Of a DNA stretch of 64,000 nucleotides, positions 58,614-64,000 are shown in pieces. Source of the stretch: Candidatus Falkowbacteria bacterium (lineage in GTDB: Bacteria > Patescibacteriota > Patescibacteriia > UBA11705). Numbering within the stretch: the first letter of the stretch is position 1; each line of letters begins with the position of its first letter. The DNA lies in contig DOZJ01000002.1 of the NCBI GenBank assembly GCA_003518055.1, positions 299,785-363,784 of the forward strand. The letters run 5' to 3'. A program made the translations under genes and the position numbers. Below the pieces are notes generated by a model. That model had not been told where the DNA came from. It ran no database searches and worked only from the letters and a program-made list of their open reading frames with translations.

Positions 58614-60434
58614 ATGAAAAAAATTTTAGTGTTCATCATTTTTCTCTGCCTGCCGGTGTTCTCGGTGATCGCCACCGACTCTTCTGACTCCTACCCACCG
58701 GTGGACTATGATAAAATTGTTCTGCCGGAAGAAATCGAAACGGGATTTTCTTTGGCTGAACCGTCGAGGGATAGTTCATCCTCGAATGTTGGGTTTATCC
58801 CCGATGATCTTTTGTATGACTGGGTAATTGAGGCTTTCGACGCGGTATATCAAGTCAAAGATGACGGCACGATCGAGGTGACGGAAACAATTTTGGCTGA
58901 TTTTCATGAGGAAAAACATGGAATCTTTCGTTCCATCCCGATTGAGTACAAAGATACTCAGGGGTTTAATTATAAATTACGGATTTCTAATGTGTCAGTC
59001 ACGAATGAGGTCGGTGATAACTATCCTATCGCCGATAGGGGTAGCAACCCATTTTATCTGAAGATTGGTGACCCAGATGTTACCCTCACCGGCAAGCATA
59101 TTTATGTCATTCAATACACCATCGATCGTGGTATTAGATTTTTTACTGATCATGATGAGTTCTATTTCAACATAACCGGCAGTGAATGGGATACTTATAT
59201 CGCAGCGGCTTCTGCTACTATCAAATTTGATCCGGTGGCGGTGTCAGAGACCCATTGGGCCTGCTACTTTGGTTCTCCCGGGAATGATTCCGAAGGCTGT
59301 GTTTTGACCGGTCAGACAGATTCGGAGCTCCATTTCGCCATCAATCGTCCGCTGATGAATGCAGAGAATGAAGATTTTACAGTAGTTGTGTGGTTACCTA
59401 AAGGTGCCGTGCCGCCATTAACCCTGAGTCAACAGGTGAAATACTGGATTCTGGACAATTGGGGTTTATTTATCGCTCCGATTGTCTTTTTATTAATGTT
59501 CTACCTGTGGTGGCGCAAGGGGCACGATCCGAAATTCACCAAAACTGTCATCGCTCAATATGATGAAGATCCGGCGCTCTCTCCTCTGCTGGCCAATGTG
59601 ATTCTCAAAGACGCCACATTTTCCAGCCGCGCCTTGTCAGCGGAGATTGTTTATTTGGCGGCGCATGGCTATATGACGATCACTGAAATTCTAAAACCGA
59701 ACAACAACAAGGTTGATGATTATGAATTGGTCAGGATCAAAGAACCGGATGACAAATTAAAATCATATCAACGCATCTTATTAACCAAACTATTCAGTTT
59801 GGGCGTAAACGGAAAGGTGTTGATGAAGAAAGATTTGAAGTATAAATTTCATCTCGAAATCCCCAAGATAAGAAATGAGGTAAATAAAGCTGTTGAGCCG
59901 TATTATGCTACTTCGCCTGAATGGCGGATCGGACTTATGATTGTCGGTGGTTTGGTCGGCGGCGGCGGGTGGATCGCGGGCGTCACACTCGGCCGGCTGG
60001 ATTTAACCATCGGCGGCGTTTTGGCCGGAATCGCTATTGTCGGCTTTGGTTGGTTTATGCCAAAAAAAACGTTGGCCGGTCAGGAGTTAGCTTGGCATAC
60101 CCGTGGACTTAAGGAATTTATCAAAGTTACGGACAAAGACCGCGCTAAATTTTATGAGGACAAAAATATGTTTGTCAAAGGATTACCATACGCCATGGTC
60201 TTTGGTCTGGCAGACAAGTGGGGCAAGGCCTTTGAGGGGATATATACCGAATCACCAGATTGGTATCATACGACCCGCATGGGAGCTTTTAATTCCTTGA
60301 TGTTTACAAATTCAATCTCATCATTCAGCTCCACTTCGAACTCTAATAGTTTTGCCGCGCCATCTTCCAGCTCCGGTTTTAGCGGTGGCGGAGCCGGTGG
60401 CGGTTTTGGCGGCGGTGGCGGCGGCAGCTGGTAA
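58614..60434 (+). CDS. DUF2207-like membrane protein with a Gly-rich C-terminal tail
   Basis: Signal peptide, large extracytoplasmic domain, TM segments, C-terminal GGGAGGGFGGGGGGSW. Confidence 0.5.
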   Translation: MKKILVFIIFLCLPVFSVIATDSSDSYPPVDYDKIVLPEEIETGFSLAEPSRDSSSSNVGFIPDDLLYDWVIEAFDAVYQVKDDGTIEVTETILADFHEEKHGIFRSIPIEYKDTQGFNYKLRISNVSVTNEVGDNYPIADRGSNPFYLKIGDPDVTLTGKHIYVIQYTIDRGIRFFTDHDEFYFNITGSEWDTYIAAASATIKFDPVAVSETHWACYFGSPGNDSEGCVLTGQTDSELHFAINRPLMNAENEDFTVVVWLPKGAVPPLTLSQQVKYWILDNWGLFIAPIVFLLMFYLWWRKGHDPKFTKTVIAQYDEDPALSPLLANVILKDATFSSRALSAEIVYLAAHGYMTITEILKPNNNKVDDYELVRIKEPDDKLKSYQRILLTKLFSLGVNGKVLMKKDLKYKFHLEIPKIRNEVNKAVEPYYATSPEWRIGLMIVGGLVGGGGWIAGVTLGRLDLTIGGVLAGIAIVGFGWFMPKKTLAGQELAWHTRGLKEFIKVTDKDRAKFYEDKNMFVKGLPYAMVFGLADKWGKAFEGIYTESPDWYHTTRMGAFNSLMFTNSISSFSSTSNSNSFAAPSSSSGFSGGGAGGGFGGGGGGSW

Positions 60435-60562
60435 TTTCAACTTAAACAATCAAAGTTAATAATCATAAAAGAGGCGCTTTTGGCCTCTTTTGCAGTTATT
60501 GACAATTTGATATCAATGTGATAATCTTTTTTGTTCCTCAACCACGAAGGCAGGAGGGGATT

Positions 60563-60994
60563 ATGGTAGATAAAGTCAGAGTATGCTTGGTCCTGTCGGT
60601 TCTTGACACCAAATTGGGCCGGAATCGTTGTTTTATTTTAGATCGTGATTTATCGTTCAATGCTATTCCTGGCAATACCGCGGGCTTGAATTTTATGGTG
60701 CGGTCGAGAAATAATTATTTTCGACTGGATGGCTTGGTTGTGGCTCCAGATGTTTATCATGATGTGGCGACGGATGTGCGAGTGATTTTTGTTAGTATCT
60801 ATGAACGTGACGAATTGAAAGCCGCGATTGAACAGGAAATTCTCTCATATGAGCCTCATTGTGGTTTGGGCGGTCTTTTGCCGGCCGAAGCCGAGGCTGG
60901 CAATACATCACGGCCACTGTTTATTGAAAGTGTCCGTTTCGCTAAAATGCTGGATGAAATTATTATTGAAGTAAGAAATAGGGGTGCTGAATAA
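60563..60994 (+). CDS. Hypothetical protein (143 aa; start trimmed from GTG to ATG 60563 with a GGAGGGG Shine-Dalgarno)
   Basis: No recognised motif. Confidence 0.45.
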   Translation: MVDKVRVCLVLSVLDTKLGRNRCFILDRDLSFNAIPGNTAGLNFMVRSRNNYFRLDGLVVAPDVYHDVATDVRVIFVSIYERDELKAAIEQEILSYEPHCGLGGLLPAEAEAGNTSRPLFIESVRFAKMLDEIIIEVRNRGAE

Positions 60995-61077
60995 TTGATT
61001 TATCTGAACCGCTATAATTGGCGGTTTTTTTGTTTGACTGAATTTGGTATAATTAGTTAGTGAAGATGAAAGAGTAA

Positions 61078-61160
61078 TCAGTGATTAGCGATTAGCAATT
61101 AGCGATTAGTAACTAGCGATTAGTAATTAGTAACTAGCAAATAGCGATTAGCACTATTAC
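61078..61160 (+). repeat. Array of about 11 heptamers (GATTAGC/AATTAGC/AACTAGC...), left arm of an inverted-repeat pair
   Basis: gtgattagcgattagcaattagcgattagtaactagcgattagtaattagtaactagcaaatagcgattagcac. Confidence 0.8.
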
Positions 61161-61176
61161 ATAGGAAATAGTTATT

Positions 61177-61542
61177 ATGAGTAATATAGACAATTTTAGA
61201 GATTTGAAAGCCTGGCAGCACAATCATCAAATTGTTATCAAAATATATCAATTAACCAAAAAATTTCCCGATGAAGAAAGGTTTGGTCTTTGCAGCCAGG
61301 TCAGGCGCTCTGCTTCGTCAATAACCGCTAATATTTCTGAAGGTTTTGGTCGTTATTATTACAAAGATAAGATACGATTTTATTATTTCGCCAGAGCATC
61401 AAGCGTGGAAACCCAAAACCATTTACTTTTAGCTGCTGATCTTGGATATCTATCAAAAGAAATTGTAGAAAATTTATTTGTGCAATTAGGTGAGGGCCAA
61501 AAAATGATAAACGGTTTAATTAACTCATTAAATTCCAGATAG
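61177..61542 (+). CDS. Four-helix-bundle protein of the 23S-rRNA-IVS / Avd family
   Basis: DLKAWQHNHQIVIKIYQLTKKFPDEERFGLCSQVRRSASSITANISEGFGR...ETQNHLLLAADLGYLSKE matches the family consensus closely. Confidence 0.8.
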   Translation: MSNIDNFRDLKAWQHNHQIVIKIYQLTKKFPDEERFGLCSQVRRSASSITANISEGFGRYYYKDKIRFYYFARASSVETQNHLLLAADLGYLSKEIVENLFVQLGEGQKMINGLINSLNSR

Positions 61543-61555
61543 TAAATCGTTCTTA

Positions 61556-61625
61556 TCCCTAATCGCTAGCCGCTAGTTGCTAATTCCCCGGATTTTCCCG
61601 AATTGCTAATTACTATTTGCTAGTT
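61556..61625 (-). repeat. Heptamer array in inverted orientation (GCTAATC/GCTAGTT...), right arm; last about 27 nt are the reverse complement of 61130-61160
   Basis: ctaatcgctagccgctagttgctaatt...gctaattactatttgctagttgct. Confidence 0.75.
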
Positions 61626-61635
61626 GCTAAAATAT

Positions 61636-63027
61636 ATGAAACTAAAATTCTGCGGCGCCGCCCAAAACGTCACCGGCTCGCGTCATTTATTGCTTTACGA
61701 CAACAAAAAAATTCTCCTGGACTGCGGCTTGGTTCAGGGTGGTTTCGGCCGGCTTGAAAACCATCAGATGAACAACAATTTTTTGTTTGACCCCAAAACC
61801 ATTGACGCGGTTGTGCTGTCTCATGCCCATATTGATCACGCCGGCAACCTGCCAACGCTGATTCGTCAGGGATTCAAGGGCAAAATTTACTGCACCGAGC
61901 CGACCGTTGAACTGTTGGCTGTGATGCTCGAGGACGCCGCCAAAATTCAAGCTCAGGACGCGGAATATCTGCGCAAACGGTTTCAGGAAGAAATTTCTCC
62001 CTTGTATGACAAAGCAGACGTCGCGAAAACCTTGAAACGTCTGGTCGGTTACAAGTACGGAGAGCCCTTTGAAGTGGAGCCGGGCTGTCAAGCGGTTTTT
62101 TACGACGCCGGCCACGTTCTCGGTTCCGCGCAAGTCTTTTTGACGGTCAATGAAGGTAATGTTACAAGACGGATTGCCTACACCGGCGATCTCGGCCGAA
62201 AAAATATGCCGATTTTAAATGACCCATACCAAATCCCATCGGCCGACGTTTTAATCACCGAGAGTACTTACGCCGAACACCTTCATGATTCATTTGAATA
62301 TGTGTTTGAAGAAATGGAATGGGTCGTCCGAGATGTCGTGGCGCGGGGAGGGAAGATTATCGTTCCGGGTTTTTCGCTCGAACGGACCCAGGAGCTGATT
62401 TATGTCTTGCATAAACTTTATTTGGATAAAAAAATTCCGGCCGTGCCGATTTTCGTCGATAGCCCCATGTCAACCAAAATTTCCGAAGTGTTTATGCGGC
62501 ACGTCGATTATTACGATGATCAGTCGTTCAAAGATTTCCTCGGCCGGGCCAAGAGTCCATTTGCTTTCAAAAATCTGAAATATATCACCTCGGTCAATGA
62601 CTCAAAAAAACTGAATGAATACAAAGGCTCATGTATTATTATTTCCGCCTCAGGCATGTGTACCGCCGGCCGCATCGTTCATCATTTAAAACATAACATC
62701 GAGGATCCCCGCAATTTGATTTTAATTGTCGGCTATATGGCCAAGGGCACTCTCGGCCGACGGATCGTGGAGCAAAAGCGCAAAGTAAAAATTATGGGCA
62801 GCTTTTATAATCTGAAAGCCGATGTTCTGGCCATGAATGAATTTTCCGCGCACGCTGATAAGCTGGAATTGATGGACAATATTAAAAAAATAAAAAAACT
62901 GAAGCAGATATTTATTGTCCACGGTGAAGAGTTGGCCACCGCGTACATGCGCGATAACATAATAAACACCTTAAAATTCAAAGGGGAAGTTTACGCCCCG
63001 AAACTGGGGGAGAGTTTTGATCTTTAA
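61636..63027 (+). CDS. Metallo-beta-lactamase / beta-CASP ribonuclease (RNase J / CPSF-like)
   Basis: HAHIDHAGNLP motif, beta-CASP region; start trimmed from TTG to ATG 61636. Confidence 0.75.
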   Translation: MKLKFCGAAQNVTGSRHLLLYDNKKILLDCGLVQGGFGRLENHQMNNNFLFDPKTIDAVVLSHAHIDHAGNLPTLIRQGFKGKIYCTEPTVELLAVMLEDAAKIQAQDAEYLRKRFQEEISPLYDKADVAKTLKRLVGYKYGEPFEVEPGCQAVFYDAGHVLGSAQVFLTVNEGNVTRRIAYTGDLGRKNMPILNDPYQIPSADVLITESTYAEHLHDSFEYVFEEMEWVVRDVVARGGKIIVPGFSLERTQELIYVLHKLYLDKKIPAVPIFVDSPMSTKISEVFMRHVDYYDDQSFKDFLGRAKSPFAFKNLKYITSVNDSKKLNEYKGSCIIISASGMCTAGRIVHHLKHNIEDPRNLILIVGYMAKGTLGRRIVEQKRKVKIMGSFYNLKADVLAMNEFSAHADKLELMDNIKKIKKLKQIFIVHGEELATAYMRDNIINTLKFKGEVYAPKLGESFDL

Positions 63028-63049
63028 TTTTTTTTCAATTTATTTCATT

Positions 63050-63463
63050 ATGTTTTCCGCGGTCTTACTTGATCTCTACGGCGTGATTTATCCCGACGCT
63101 CAAAATCAGTCGGCTGCTTTTGTGGCCAAGATTAAAGAGCTCGGGCTGCAAATAATTGTTGTTACTAATTTGAATGCGGATTTGGCGCGTCAAATTTGCG
63201 ATCAACTTTCGATTCAGCATGTTTACCTCTGCCAGCAACTTGGCTTGGCCAAAACCGACCCTGAGTTGTATGAGCAAATTATTCATGACCACGAATTAAC
63301 CGCCTCGGAAGTGGTGATGCTTGATGACACTTGCGCCAATTTGCAGGCGGCAGGGGAATCCGGCGTCAAAACAGTGTATTTTGGGGCTGACGATTGCCCA
63401 TTTGCCGGCCGAGTTATTAACAGTCTGGATGATTTTTTACTTATTTTAAGCGAAAAGCCATAA
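63050..63463 (+). CDS. HAD-superfamily hydrolase (small, variant motif I)
   Basis: LLDLYGVIY (DxYG variant), MLDDT; start trimmed to ATG 63050. Confidence 0.55.
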   Translation: MFSAVLLDLYGVIYPDAQNQSAAFVAKIKELGLQIIVVTNLNADLARQICDQLSIQHVYLCQQLGLAKTDPELYEQIIHDHELTASEVVMLDDTCANLQAAGESGVKTVYFGADDCPFAGRVINSLDDFLLILSEKP

Positions 63464-63537
63464 ATCAAATTGAAATTGTGAAATTCCCTTATTTTTGCTA
63501 AGATTAACTTTAAGATTATTAAAATAAATAATGTACT

Positions 63538-64000
63538 ATGGAAACAAAACCCAACAGCTCAAATAAAATGAATTTTTTTATGGGCTTTTTTGCTGGTCTA
63601 GCCAGCGTTAGTGTGATTGGCTTTTTTGTCCTTTTGGTCATGATTTTTACCGGTAATAATGATGGCGAGGTATTGGCCGGTGCTCGAGCCGGTACGGCTG
63701 ATAACAACGACGCGGCCGCGGCTGAAATTGTCGACGAAGGCGAAACCGCCGCACAGCCGGTTCGGTCAATCTCCGAGGATGATCATTACACCGGTAATCT
63801 CAATGCTCCGGTGCAGTTGATTATTTATGATGATTTTGAATGCCCATTTTGTTTGAGACATGAAGAAACGGTTAAACAGATCCGCAGCGCTTATGGTGAT
63901 GATCAGGTTGCGATCGCTTATCGCCACTTCCCATTATCATTCCACGCCAGCGCGCAAAAAGCAGCTGAAGCCTCAGAGTGCGCGGCTGAACAAGGGAAAT
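63538..64000 (+). CDS. Membrane-anchored DsbA-like thiol:disulfide oxidoreductase (3' truncated by the window end)
   Basis: TM helix, then thioredoxin-fold motif CPFC (YDDFECPFCLRH); not in the ORF track because there is no stop within the window. Confidence 0.7.
   Translation, partial: METKPNSSNKMNFFMGFFAGLASVSVIGFFVLLVMIFTGNNDGEVLAGARAGTADNNDAAAAEIVDEGETAAQPVRSISEDDHYTGNLNAPVQLIIYDDFECPFCLRHEETVKQIRSAYGDDQVAIAYRHFPLSFHASAQKAAEASECAAEQGK

Noticed and set aside
61177-61542. Diversity-generating retroelement around the Avd-family gene
   Set aside because: No reverse transcriptase or template/variable repeat pair is present in the window. The neighbours are a hypothetical protein and an RNase J-like nuclease.
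1-64000. tRNA and rRNA genes
   Set aside because: All intergenic regions were scanned for T-loop (GTTCGAATC-like) and acceptor features. None was convincing. The only TTCGAATC-like match (54305-54315) lies inside a terminator.

Overview
This 64 kb window has low to moderate GC, gene-dense compact operons, a split transketolase (N- and C-terminal halves as separate genes), many perfect palindromic terminators and several orphan or membrane proteins. That combination is consistent with a small-genome, CPR/Patescibacteria (Parcubacteria-like) bacterium; this is an inference from composition and gene content. Main content, left to right:

1. A type V-A CRISPR-Cas locus. The C-terminal about 720 codons of cas12a/cpf1 enter from the left edge. 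An in-frame TAA at 151-153 interrupts the reading frame. It is followed by cas4, cas1, cas2 and a 20-repeat array of the canonical Cas12a repeat (...AATTTCTACTTTCGTAGAT) with 25-27 nt spacers.
2. A housekeeping block: split transketolase, a 2-hydroxyacid dehydrogenase, a membrane-anchored Clp-family ATPase, a WecA/MraY-family transferase, rplU, recR, ybaB and dnaB.
3. An approximately 1 kb GC-rich, ORF-free region between dnaB and folD. It has a consensus promoter and an internally repeated 18-nt motif, and is most likely a large structured ncRNA of unknown class.
4. folD, glyA, an orphan 613-aa protein, a FecR/Fn3-like surface protein, a bacterial Elp3 homologue, murC, murB, hpf, a PurA-family enzyme next to a vWA protein, and secA/secD/secF. 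SecD carries an embedded parvulin PPIase domain.
5. A 2.5 kb, compositionally foreign island at 45566-48060, and the most unusual feature in the window. Its coding sequences are about 60-65% GC against about 44% for the rest. It is organised as two minus-strand modules of the form perfect TTGACT-N17-TATAAT promoter, strong Shine-Dalgarno, CDS, rho-independent terminator. The modules encode two paralogous 6-TM membrane proteins, a 43-aa peptide and a lipoprotein.
6. A sigma-70 region-4-like DNA-binding protein, a membrane protein plus a TrwB/VirD4-like P-loop ATPase with a zinc ribbon and a Thr/Pro-rich tail, an RsuA/RluB-family pseudouridine synthase, and two tandem paralogous small proteins. 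A kinase-fold protein, an ABC exporter and a Gly-tail membrane protein provisionally assigned to DUF2207 follow. Next is a four-helix-bundle (23S-IVS/Avd-family) gene flanked by inverted heptamer-repeat arrays, then an RNase J-like beta-CASP nuclease, a HAD hydrolase and a truncated DsbA-like gene at the right edge.

Two families of short dispersed repeats recur in intergenic regions: an approximately 75-nt structured element showing covariation, and RWTTAGC heptamer arrays. No tRNA or rRNA genes were found.
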